Shown here in pieces: positions 34,762-47,253 of a stretch of DNA of 64,000 nucleotides. The DNA lies in assembly GCF_046119375.1 (NCBI RefSeq), contig NW_027362765.1, forward strand, positions 231,508,001 through 231,572,000. The letters are read 5' to 3'. The translations under genes were made by a program, and so were the position numbers. The stretch comes from Phyllobates terribilis. Its lineage: Eukaryota. Below the pieces are notes generated by a model that ran no database searches, had not been told where the DNA came from, and saw only the letters and a list, made by a program, of their open reading frames with translations. How positions within the stretch are numbered: position 1 is the stretch's first letter; each line of letters begins with the position of its first letter.

Positions 34762-36237
34762 CACTGTGTTCCAAATTATTATGCAAATAATATTTTCTCA
34801 GATTTTCCCAAATTACCTATATGAATTGCAGTCATTGTAATTTTCCAGTCAAATAACTATTAGAGTACAATTGAAAGGTTTTTGTACAAACTGCCTATGA
34901 TAACAGTATATTTTTAAAAAAATAAAACACTCAAACTGCACTCAAAATGCATGTTCCAAATTATTATGCACAGCAGAGTTTTCAACTTTTTCATTTTAAT
35001 TAAGAACAAAAAAATGGTCATTTTTGAAATTCTAAGCATTAGCAGGTTATTACAAACTGAAATCAAACAGTTTTCAACTCAACACTTTATTCTAGGTGAT
35101 GTTACATTTGCACATAGGACCCCTTGTTCGAAAGGAGCTTCTGAACTCTCTCGTCCATTGAATTTGTCAGGTTTTGGATGGTTTCTGCTTCAATTGTTTT
35201 GCATGAGGACAGAATACCCTCCCAGAGCTGTTGCTTAGATGTGAACTGCCTCCCGCCATCATAGACACTCCTTTTGATGATGCTCCAGAGATGCAGCATG
35301 AGACGGGGCATTATCATGCATGAAATGATCTCGATGGTCCAGATGGATGGAGTGGAGGATGGCTGGTTGATGGACACCCCATGCAAACACGGCTATGGCG
35401 CTAACAAGGAGGAGGTGGAGTAATGTTTTGGGCTGGAATCATGGGGAGAGAGAGATTGTCGGCCCTTTTAGGATCCCTGAAGGGGTAAAGATGAACTCCA
35501 TAATGTATGTGGAGTTTCTCAAACAGCACTTCTTTCCATGGTTCAAGAAGAAGAACCGTGCATTCCGCAGCAAGATCATTTTCATGCATGATAATGCCCT
35601 GTCTCATGCTGCACATAAGACATCTGCATCTCTGGCTGATATGGGCATAAAAGGGGACAAACATATGGTGTGGCACCCATGCTCCCCTGACCTCAACCCC
35701 ATTGAGAACCTCTGGAGCATCATCAAAAGGAGTGTCTATGATTGCGGGAGGCAGTTCACATCTAAGCAACAGCTCTGGGAGGGTATTCTGTCCTCATGCA
35801 AAACAATTGAAGCAGAAACCATCCAAAACCTGACAAATTCAATGGACGAGAGAGTTCAGAAGCTCCTTTCGAACAAGCGGTCCTATGTGCAAATGTAACA
35901 TCACCTAGAATAAAGTGTTGAGTTGAAAACTGTTTGATTTCAGTGTGTAATAACCTGCTAATGCTTATAATTTCAAAAATGACCAATTTTTTGTTCTTTA
36001 TTAAAATGAAAAGGTTGAAAACTGCTGTGCATAATAATTTGGAACATGCATTTTGAGTGCAGTTTGAGTTTTTTATTTTTTTTAAAAATATACTCTTATC
36101 ATAGGCAGTTTGTACAAAAACCTTTCAATTGTACTCTAATAGTTATTTGACTGGAAAATTACAATGACTGCAATTCATATAGGTAATTTGGGAAAATCGG
36201 AGAAAATATTATTTGCATAATAATTTGGAACACAGTG
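34762..36237 (+). mobile_element. DD37E (TRT-type) Tc1/mariner fold-back derivative
   Basis: TA-flanked; arms 34762-35290 and 35710-36237 are ~530-bp inverted copies; remnant FMHDNALSH...SPDLNPIE has 37 residues between D and E; the N-terminal transposase half is absent. Confidence 0.85.
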
Positions 36238-36478
36238 TATTTAAAACAGCGCTAAAAAACAAATGCAAGAAGCAGTCTACCTGTGGCCCACTTTGCATCT
36301 GCCGTGAGGTGGACTGCTCCTTGCATTTGTTTTTTAGCGCCCTCAAAATCAGGTACACAAACCAGAATTTAAAAAAATATATCTTTCTCCTCCGTACTTA
36401 TGAGCAGCACAACAATGGGGTAATTCTGCCCTTGTGAAGTAATAGGACAGATTGAATGTAGATTTAGATTCTTTGAAC

Positions 36479-37531
36479 TGGCTCACATGAGGACCGCCCC
36501 AGCAAAGGAAGACCAAGAGTCACCTCTGCTTCTGAGGATAAGTTTATCCGAGTCACCAGCCTCAGAAATCGCAGGTTAACAGCAGCTCAGATTAGAGACC
36601 AGGTCAATGCCACACAGAGTTCTAGCAGCAGACACATTTCTACAACAACTGTTAAGAGGAGACTTTGTGCAGCAGGCCGTCATGGTAAAATAGCTGCTAG
36701 GAAACCACTGCTAAGGACAGGCAACGAGCAGAAGAGACTTGTTTGGGCTAAAGAACACAAGGAATGGACATTAGACCAGTGGAAATCTGTGCTTTGGTCT
36801 GATGAGTCTAAATTTGAGATCTTTGGTTCCAACCACCGTGTCTTTGTGCGACGCAGAAAAGGTGAACGGATGGACTCTACATGCCTGGTTCCCACCGTGA
36901 AGCATGGAGGAGGAGGTGTGATGGTGCTTTGCTGGTGACACTGTTGGGGATTTATTCAAAATTGAAGGCATTCTGAACCAGCATGGCTACCACAGCATCT
37001 TGCAGCGGCATGCTATTCCATCCAGTTTGCATTTAGTTGGACCATCATTTATTTTTCAACAGGACAATGACCCCAAACACAGCTCCAGGCTACGTAAGGG
37101 CTATTTGACCAAGAAGGAGAGTGATGGGGTGCTACGCCAGATGACCTGGCCTCCACAGTCATCAGACCTGAACCCAATCGAGATGGTTTGGGGTGAGCTG
37201 GACCGCAGAGTGAAGGCAAAAGGGCCAACAAGTGCTAAGCATCTCTGGGAACTCCTTCAAAATTGTTGGAAGACCATTTCCGGTGACTACCTCTTGAAGC
37301 TCATCAAGAGAATGCCAAGAGTGTGCAAAGCAGTCATCAAAGCAAAAGGTGGCTACTTTGAAGAACCTAGAATATAAGACATATTTTCAATTGTTTCACA
37401 CTTTTTTGTTAAGTATATAATTCCACATGTGTTAATTCATAGTTTTGATGCCTTCAGTGTGAATGTACAATTTTCATAGTCATGAAAATACAGAAAAAAC
37501 TTTAAATGAGGTGTGTCCAAATTTTTGGTCT

Positions 37532-37536
<5 letters not shown>
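36479..37536 (+). mobile_element. DD38E transposon copy C, 5'-truncated and frameshifted
   Basis: Near-identical to 49862-50930; deletion near 36925; right TIR runs into (TA)n. Confidence 0.9.

Positions 37537-37585
<49 letters not shown>
37536..37585. repeat. (TA)25 microsatellite
   Basis: Read directly; abuts the TIR of DD38E copy C. Confidence 0.95.
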
Positions 37586-37589
<4 letters not shown>

Positions 37590-37590
37590 T

Positions 37591-39156
37591 ACAGAGGCCT
37601 GAGCATATGGTATACAGCGCAGAACCCTGAGTATATAGTATACAGCACAGAGCCCTGAGTATATAGTATACAGCGCAGAGCCCCGAGCATATAGTATACA
37701 GCGCAGAACCCTGAGTATATAGTATACAGCACAGAGCCCTGAGTATATAGTATACAGCGCAGAGCCCCGAGCATATAGTATACAGCGCAGAACCCTGAAT
37801 ATATAGTATACAGCGCAGAGCCCTGAGTATATAGTATACAGCGCAGAGCCCTGAGTATATAGTATACAGCGCAGAGCCCTGAGCATATAGCATACAGCGC
37901 AGAGCCCTTAGTATATAGTATACAGCGCAGAGCCCTGAGTATATAGTATACAGCGCAGAGCCCTGAGTATATAGTATACAGCGCAGAGCCCTGAGTATAT
38001 AGTATACAGCGCAGAGCCCTGAGTATATAGTATACAGCGCAGAGCCCTGAGTATATAGTATACAGCGCAGAGCCCTGAGCATATAGCATACAGCGCAGAG
38101 CCCTTAGTATATAGTATACAGCGCAGAGCCCTGAGTATATAGTATACAGCGCAGAGCCCTGAGTATATAGTATACAGCGCAGAGCCCTGAGTATATAGTA
38201 TACAGCGCAGAGCCCTGAGTATATAGTATACAGCGCAGAGCCCTGAGTATATAGTATACAGCGCAGAACCCTGAGTATATAGTATACAGCACAGAGCCCT
38301 GAGCATATAGTATACAGCGCAGAACCCTGAGCATATAGTATATAGCGCAGAGCCCTGAGCATATAGCATACAGCGCAGAGCCCTGAGTATATAGTATACA
38401 GCGCAGAGCCCTGAGTATATAGTATACAGCGCAGAGCCCTGAGTATATAGTATACAGCGCAAAGCCCTGAGTATATAGTATACAGCGCAGAGCCCTGAGT
38501 ATATAGTATACAGCGCAGAGCCCTGAGTATATAGTATACAGCGCAGAGCCCTGAGTATATAGTATACAGCACAGAGCCCTGAGTATATAGTATACAGCGC
38601 AGAGCCCTGAGTATATAGTATACAGCGCAGAGCCCTGAGTATATAGTATACAGCGCAGAGCCCTGAGTATATAGTATACAGCGCAGAGCCCTGAGTATAT
38701 AGTATACAGCGCAGAACCCTGAGTATATAGTATACAGCACAGAGCCCTGAGCATATAGTATACAGCGCAGAACCCTGAGCATATAGCATACAGCGCAGAG
38801 CCCTGAGTATATAGTATACAGCGCAGAGCCCTGAGTATATAGTATACAGCGCAGAGCCCTGAGTATATAGTGTACAGCGCAAAGCCCTGAGTATATAGTA
38901 TACAGCGCAGAGCCCTGAGTATATAGTATACAGCGCAGAGCCCTGAGTATATAGTATACAGCGCAGAGCCCTGAGTATATAGTATACAGCGCAGAGCCCT
39001 GAGTATATAGTATACAGCGCAGAGCCCTGAGTATATAGTATACAGCGCAGAGCCCTGAGTATATAGTATACAGCGCAGAGCCCTGAGTATATAGTATACA
39101 GCGCAGAGCCCTGAGTATATAGTATACAGCGCAGAGCCCTGAGTATATAGTATACA
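37591..39156. repeat. 28-bp minisatellite, about 56 copies (agtatacagcgcagagccctgagtatat)
   Basis: Read directly; the 28-aa periodicity of the minus-strand ORFs equals 3 x 28 nt. Confidence 0.97.
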
Positions 39157-39542
39157 GGACAGTGAGAGGAGTTCCTCTCTATCACACATCTATCTGAGCT
39201 TCTCACCAGCACAGTCTCATTCTCACATACTGAAGCACTACATAAGCCTTCTCCAGCAGCACAGCCTAGAGTCTGACTCCTCCCACACAGGTGACTGATC
39301 ACGTGGTGTAACAGATCACATGGTATGACATCATCAAAGGTCCTTTGGCTCAGTCCATCCTGACCAGTAGGGGCGGTATTACATCCTGCTGGGGGTGTGG
39401 GGTCTGTGCACACTGGGTCTTGTCCATGGTGTGTCTGCTCCGGAGCTGCTGCTGCACTGATACTGTGCGGTACCTGCAGGCTCCAGCACTGGGCCAGTGA
39501 TTGGTGACAGCGTGTTATCACCGCAGACTGGAGGCAGCGCCA

Positions 39543-39557
39543 ATGGAGAGTTACCAG
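39543..39557 (+). CDS. Candidate upstream coding mini-exon end of ZSWIM1 (MESYQ)
   Basis: ATG GAG AGT TAC CAG|GTATGG; phase-0 join to the acceptor at 47240-41 reads YIQA then the ZSWIM1 ATG. Inference only. Confidence 0.3.
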
Positions 39558-40263
39558 GTATGGTTTTCTATTTCAGTAAACTTCCTGGCCCTCCCCTTAT
39601 ATTATGGGATGAATCCATATCTGACAGGTCCAAAAAGTGGGGAGATCTTAAGCTGTGCATGCTGATAAGGTTTAGTGCCCCCAAAAAAACCACGATGCAT
39701 CTTCCTAAGGCTATGTGCCCTCGATCAGGCTATAGCAGTGTATTGTGGCTGCGCCCGGTCCCGCAGGTGAATCTCATGTGTTCAGTGAACCGTGTGAGTT
39801 ACCGCAGCCCCCATACATTCTATTGGGGACATTTCTGTGGCTGAGACCAGCGTCGCTACAACAGAAGTTGACATACTGCGGCTTGTAAAGCCGTGCCGAT
39901 GGTGAGTTTACACAGCGTTAAAGGGAACCTGTCATGTCACTTCTATAAGTGACACTGTCCCCAGGTCCATGTTAGTGATGCAATGTGCATCACTAACATG
40001 CTTTTCCCTCGCAAATCACTGCTATAGTCTGTTGCTAAAATCACTTTATATATTTAGAATCTTACCTGCTCATTCAGTCATAGGGGAGTTCTTTACTGTA
40101 TTTAGTCAGCCTGGTCCCCGCACGAATCTGAAATCTGCGCGAAATCCATAGGCGTGGGTAGCAGTGAATATTAATTTTCTTTAGCAGCGGGCACAGCGCA
40201 GGATGTAGCAGCGGGCTACTGCTGCCTGTGCCACGCTCCTCCGCCGCAGAAGCTTCCCCAACC

Positions 40264-40265
<2 letters not shown>

Positions 40266-40341
<76 letters not shown>
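40266..40341. repeat. Compound microsatellite (TG)25(TA)13
   Basis: Read directly. Confidence 0.95.
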
Positions 40342-40999
40342 ATCTCTATCTCCAGACTATAAGACGCACCCACCACTTTCCTTTAAAACTTTGGAGGAAA
40401 AAAAGTGCGTCTTATAGTCCGAAGAATACTGTAATTTTTTTGGGCTACATACAGTTTGTGCCCACTGTCAGGAAGTATGTCCCCAACAGTGGCCACAGTC
40501 AGGATGGACTCCCAGGCATCAGTCTACCATAAGGACCCACTATTTAAAAATACAAACAAAAATAAAAAAAAACCATTTACTGCGTAGTGTGTTTCTTTGC
40601 TCTGGCCTCTGTATAGGAAACAACAGTCTGCTTCCCATTTTCTATGCGGTTCAGTGGTGTGCAGACACTTACCTGCAAGATGGAGTCCACCTGTTGAATG
40701 GGGGCTTAATTGAAGGTTACAGTATACTTCCGATATATGCTGTAGGCTAAATGCAGGGACACAGTGTACACGTAGCCTGGGTCCCACTAGCGCACTGGAT
40801 CCTGCATCACTATATTAATACACCAGAATATTCCTGCACTGCAGCAGTGTTGTACGCCTGTCAGTGGAAGGCCATGTTCACACAAATTAATCAGATCAGT
40901 AAACGGTGTAACAAGAAAAAAAAACCGAAACGCCAGAATTAGATTTTTTTTGGGTCGCTGCAACATTGCAATAAATGGCGATCAAAACATTGTATCCCC

Positions 41000-43900
41000 C
41001 CTCCATCACCACTCATCCACATCTGCCCCTCTCTCCTGCCCTCTCCTTTGTACAGCTCCCATGCTCTTTTTAATTTTCTGAATAATCTCACTCTATCTTA
41101 TCCAAAGATATTGCACAAGAAACCATGTCACAAATCCAAAAACTATCTGCTCTTTCTCTTTTTACTGCTACTACTCACTTCAGGGGATATCTCTCCTAAC
41201 CCTGGTCCACCCTCCGTCAATCTCAGCCCCTCCCCCATCACACATCGGAACCCTGCTTACCTTATCAACATCAGTTGTACTCCTTCATCTCCCTCCTTCA
41301 ATTGTGCACTGTGGAATCCACAGGCTGTATGCAACAAGCTTTCTTTCCTGCACAATTACTTTCTGACCAACTCTCTCAATCTGCTAGCCCTCACTGAAAC
41401 CTGGATCCAGGATTCTGACACTGTCTCCCCTGCCGCTATTTCTCATGATAGCTTGCATTTTTCCCATTCCCCGAGACGTGCGAACAGACTTGGTGGTGGA
41501 GTAGGCTTACTCCTGTCCCCACAATGCACCTTCCAGGTCATCCCCCCAGTTCCATCACTCTCCTTCCCTTCTTTTGAGGTCCACACCATCAGGCTCTTCC
41601 ATCCCCTCTCCCTCAGAGTAGCAGTCGGATACCGTCCCCCAGGCTCACCCACCCAGTTCCTTGACCATTTTTCTGCCTGGCTGCTGCACTTCATGTCCTC
41701 AGATTTACCAACCCTTATCCTGGGAGACTTCAACTTCCCTATAAACAGTCCCACATCCGCATCCCAGCTTCTATCTTTAACCACTTCTCTTGGCCTCTCA
41801 CAGTTTTCAACCTCTGAGACACACAAAGATGGAAACACCCTTGATCTGGTCTTTGTCCGGCTTTGTCCAATCCCCTACCTATATAACGCCCCTCTTCCCC
41901 TCTCTGATCATAACATTCTCTCCTTCACGCTCACAAATCCTCGCCCGCCCCAGCACACTCCTACCTATCACACATTAAGAAATCTACAGTCCATTAACCC
42001 TCATATACTTACAGACTCCCTTCACTCATCACTGTCCCCAATCTCCTCTTTTTCCTGTCCTGATCTGTAAATCACTACAATGACACTCTTAGAAGCACCC
42101 TAGACCAATTAGCGCCCCTCACTCTCAGAACCTCCTAAACACAGAGTAAAACAGCCCTGGCTCACACCGCAAACCCGACTTCTCCAGTGTTGCTCTAGAA
42201 GTGCCGAACGCCTATGGAGGAAAACTCGCACACTAGAAAACTTTATCCACTATAAATTTGTTAAAAACCTATAACTCTGCTCTTCACCTCGCCAAACAGT
42301 CCTACTTCACCACCCTGATCTCACTATCCAACAACCCCAAAAATTCTTCGACACCTTTCACTCCCTCCTCAGTCCTAAAGCGCAGGCCCCCATCACAGAC
42401 ATTTGAGCTGAGGACTTGGCCTCCTACTTCACAGAGAAAATAGACACTATCCGTCAGAAAATCAACTCCCAGCCGCCTTATGCCGTGACTCCCATCCCGC
42501 CCCACATCCCCTCTGGATCACTCTCCACATTTGACCCAGTCACAGAAGAAGTCGTCTCCAGGCTCCTCTCTTCTCATCCCACTACATGCACCACTGACCC
42601 CATTCTCTCACATCTACTCCACTCTCTCTCTTCAGTTGTCACCGCTCACCTAACTAAAATCTTCAACCTCTCCCTCTCTTCTGGTATCTTCCTCTCCTCC
42701 TTCAAACACTCGATCATCACTCTGTTATTAAAAAAAGCCCTCTCTTGACCCTTCCTGCACAAACAACTACAGACCAATCTCCCCTTCATCTCTAAACTCT
42801 TGGAGTGCCTGGTCTACTCCCGCCTTACCCATTACCTCTCCACTCACACTCTTCTAGACCCATCACAGTCCAGCTTCTGCCCCCTACATTCTACAGAAAC
42901 TGCACTCATCAAAGTAACCAGTGACCTTCTGACAGCAGAACGTAATGGTGACTACTCTGCTCATTCTTCTTGACCTCTCTGCTGCTTTCGACACCGTTGA
43001 CCATGACCTCCTACTCTCTATGCTCCATTTAATTGGCATAAAGGACACTGCTCTCTCCTGGTTCTCCTCCTACCTATCTGACCGCTTTTTCAGTGTATCA
43101 TTCGCTGGCTCCACTCCCCCCCCCCCCCCACACCTTCCTCTCACTATTGGGGTTTCTCAGGGTTCAGTCCTTGGCCTTCTACTCTTCTCTCTCTACACAG
43201 CCCCGAGTGGACAGACCATCAGCAAATTTGGCTTTCAGTACTATCTTTATGCTGATGACACACAACTATACACTTCATCCCCTGACCTTACCCCCACTGT
43301 ACTACAGAAAACCAGTGACTGTCTGGCTGCAGTTTCCAACATCATGTCCTATCTCTATCTGAAACTCCACCCTTTCCAAAACTGAACTTCTGCTCCCGCC
43401 ATCTACTCACCTCCCTAAATCTGACATCTCCCTCTCTGTGTGTGGCACCACAATAACGCCGAGCCAGCAGGCACGCCGTCTGGGCATTGTGTTGGACACC
43501 AATCTTTCCTCACCTCCCATATACAATCTCTTGCCCGCTCTTGTCGCTTGCACCTGAAGAACATTTCTAGAATCTGCCCCTTTCTCACCTTGGAAACAAC
43601 AGCAACCCTCACTGTTGCCCTGATCCACTCCCGTCTTGACTACTGTAACTCTCTATTAATTGGCCTCCCCCTCACTCGACTTCCCCTCTGCAGTTCATCC
43701 TTAATGCTGCAGCCACGGTCATCTATCTGGCTAATTGTTACTCAGTCGCTTCCGCTCTGTGCAAGTTATTGCACTGGCTGCCCATGAATTATAGGATCCA
43801 ATTTAAATTGCTCGTTTTCACCCACAAAGCTCTCCACAGTGTGGCACCCCCCTACATCTCTTCCGTCATTTCTGTTTATCGGCCTACCCATTCTCTACGC

Positions 43901-44436
43901 TTTGCAAGTGACTTTCGACTAACATCCGCACTAATCCGTACCTCCCACTCCCGGCTCCTAGACTTCTCCCAAGCTGCACCTGTTCTTTGGAATGCTTTAC
44001 ACCAAGAAATTAGGACGAACCACAACTTACACAGTTTTAGGTGCTCCCTAAAAACACACCTGTTTAGGGTGGCCTATCACGTTCCCTAATCGAAGTCCTT
44101 TTTATATTTTTATAGACCATTCATTATATCTCCAAACAGAAGTCTCCACCGAACCCAAAAGCACTACAGATACTGTCTGGTGATGAGCTCATGCAGTCTT
44201 TATCTATCCCTCATCCCCTCAAGATGGCCAGACCATCATAGTACAGAGGCTTATTTACATTGTGTCACCCCCACCTCATTGTAGATTGTAAGCTCTTACG
44301 AGCAGGGTCGTCATTATTTTTGCTTTAATTATTGTATTATCTTTAGCTATGTTACTTATGACTATTGTATATGAACCTCTGAATTGTAAAGCGCTGCTGA
44401 ATATGTTGGCGCTATATAAATAAAGATTATTATTAT
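41000..44436 (+). mobile_element. L2-clade LINE, near-complete ORF2 (APE plus RT) with stops and frameshifts
   Basis: APE motifs LTETW, GGGVG, LGDFN, TLDLVF, LSDHN; RT motifs [29 protein letters not shown]; HWLP...KTHLF end; tail ...ggcgctatataaataaagattattattat. Confidence 0.93.
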
Positions 44437-44555
44437 CTACCCCAAAATAGTATCAGTAAAAAATGTCAGCTCCCTGTGCAAAAAAGTAAGCCATCACACA
44501 GCCCCAGATCCCGAAAAATGAGAACATTATGGGTCTCGGAAAATGACAACAAACG

Positions 44556-44841
44556 CAGGGCTGACTCCTCAATTTCCATGACACCGACTCCGACTCCTTC
44601 ATACACAGCTCATGTTTAAGTGATAAATTTACTGTAGCACAGATTCATCTCAGCTAAAAGTCTAGACCCTTAGATCAGGAATAGGACAGACATTTATAGG
44701 ACATTTCATAACTTTCCCAAACTCTTATGAAAAAATATTCCCCACAAACTGCATTGAACTACTGTACCCAATTTATTATATATTTTAGGAGTTGGAGTCG
44801 GTCCATTTTATACTGACTCCGATTCCGACTCCACAGCCCTG
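44556..44841. mobile_element. hAT MITE nested in another repeat
   Basis: cagggctg...ccgactccacagccctg ends; flanks aacaaacg / aacaaact (7/8 TSD). Confidence 0.75.
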
Positions 44842-45849
44842 AACAAACTCAAAAACTTTTTTTCATAGGAATTTCGGATCTTATTTTCACCGCTTATATA
44901 AAAAATAAACTATACATGTAGTGTATCTGTAAACTCGTACTGACCTGGGGAATCATATTGTCAGGTCAGTTTTACCATATAGTGAACATGGTAAAAACAA
45001 TTGTGGAATTGTACTTTTTCTGCAGTTTAAATGGAAAATTTTGTTTTCCATTTTCCAGTACACTATATGATAAAATCAATGGTGTCATTCAAAAGTACAA
45101 CTTGTCATGCAAAAAAACAAGTCTTCATAGAGAAATATTGATGGAAAAATAAAGTTATGGCTTTTGGAAGAAAAAATTGAAAATTGCCCGGGAGTGAAGG
45201 GGTTATTAAAGGGATAAAGCATAGTTTCTCCTGGTAATCACATCTTTCCTCCCCCTGCTGATTGTGATCCTGATTACTAGGACAAAAAAATGGTTTGTGT
45301 ATAGATTTGAGAACGGGAAGGTGTCGAGAGAATGGGAGGAATGCATTAACTTGGGTTTCTTTTTTATTATTGGAAATACATATATAAAACCCAAGTGGTT
45401 CTAGGTCCTTGTTGTTTATGGCAGTAGGCAATGACATCACATGCCACATGACATCATCACTGATGAAATAAGAATCACTGTGATAGGCCTTAAAGGGGTT
45501 GTCCAGCCTGAGGGTACAAGTCTGCAGTCACTCCATGTGACTGCAGACTTGTGAATCCTTACATTGGACAGTGTGATGATTCTCTGGTGCCAGGAGCGGG
45601 CGGACATGTGACCGCGTATGTGATTTGCACATATTCTGACTAGACACGTCCGGCCTCTCTCAATACGCTTGCATTGAGCGAGGCAGCTCACGTCTAATTG
45701 GCACTTGACCGCATGTATGTAAATCACATACTTTCGGTCATATATCTGGCCGCTCCCAGCACCAGAGAATCCTCAGCGTGCATCATGGGAAGATTCACAA
45801 GTCTGCATTACATAGAGATTACAGACTTGTACCCTAGGGCCAGACAACC

Positions 45850-47097
45850 CCATTCTGACGTGGTGCGCATTAGTACGCATCACGTTGGTACCCCCTGTTC
45901 AGCTCGGGCTCCTGCGCTGAGCCCGCACTGAACCGGACACATGCCAGCTAATTTATACAGCTGACATGTGCCCGCAACAGCCGCTGGTGGAATCGCGATC
46001 CACCCGCGGCTGCTAACCAGTTAAATGCCGCTGTCAATCTCTGACAGCGGCATCTAACTCGCGCTTCCGGGAAGCAAGTCACTGACTCCACCCATCGGTG
46101 ACCCCCGTCACGTGATCGCGGGTCACCGATGGGTTGGCATAACAACCCGGGGTCTGCAGCCGACACCTGTGGTTGTCATGTCTAGATTGCTATGAGCGCT
46201 GCCCAGTGGTCGGCGCTCATAGCCTGTATGTAGCAGAAATGCTCACTTGCTATCTGCTCATCACCTCTGTGTAGCAGAGGGGTTCAGATAACTGCTGCTT
46301 CTAGTCTCCTATGGAGACTATTGAAGCAAGCAGAAAGTGTAAAAAAATAATAAATAAATAAAAATAATGTTTTTAAAAATATATAAAAGTTGAAATCGCC
46401 CCCTTTCGCCCAATTCAAAATAAAACAATATAAAAAAAAAGCACATACACATTTGTTATTGCCGCATTCAGAATCGCCCGATCTATCAATATAAAAAAAT
46501 AATTAATCCGATCTGTAAACGGCGTAACGAGAAAATAATTCCTAACGCCAGAATTAAGTTTTTTTTGTTCGTTTTTCGGGCGATCAAAACATCGTATCTA
46601 CCCCAAAATGGTATAAAAAAAAAAAAGTCAGCTTGGCGCGCAAAAAATAAGCCCTCACCCAGCCCCAGATCACGAAAAATGGAGACGCTACAAGTCATGG
46701 AAAGTTTGCTTTTTTTTTAAGCAAACTTTGGATATTTTTTTCACCACTTAAAAAAAAAAAAAAAAAAAACTTACATGTTTGGTGTCTACGAACTCGTAAT
46801 GACCTGGACAATAATAATGGCAGGTCAGTTTTAGCATTCAGTGAACGTGGTAAAAACAAACAAACTGTGGTATTGCACTTTTTTTTTGCAATTTCACCGC
46901 ATTTGGAATTTTTTTCCTGTTTTCCAGTACATGATATGGTAAAACCAGTGATCTAGTTCAAAAGTACAACTCGTCCCGCAAAAAAATAAGCCCTCACACG
47001 GCCACATTGACCAAAAAATAAAAAAGTTATGGCTCTGGGAACAAGGGGAGCAAAAAACGAAAATGCAAAAACAGAAAATGCTCCGCTCATTAGGGGG
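45850..47097. mobile_element. piggyBac-like non-autonomous element (related piece ~44440-45207)
   Basis: Right end gggggTTAA (47093-47101); blocks such as agccccagatc(c/a)cgaaaaatg and aaaagtacaac...aaagttatggct are shared with 44.4-45.2 kb; left end unclear. Confidence 0.5.
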
Positions 47098-47253
47098 TTA
47101 ATTAGCTGACATCACATACTGCTGTAAACACATGCGTGCAGGAATTGACTTGATGGGGTCCAGAAGATAATTCTATTACATTTTGGTTTCTTTTTGACGT
47201 CTTCAGCATATTTATTTTTTTTATTTTGTTTTTTTTTCTAGTACATTCAAGCA

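Noticed and set aside
37437-39521. Long minus-strand ORFs (149-537 aa) of Cys/Tyr/Leu repeats
   Set aside because: They are translations of the stop-free strand of a 28-bp minisatellite, open in all three frames, with no gene structure.
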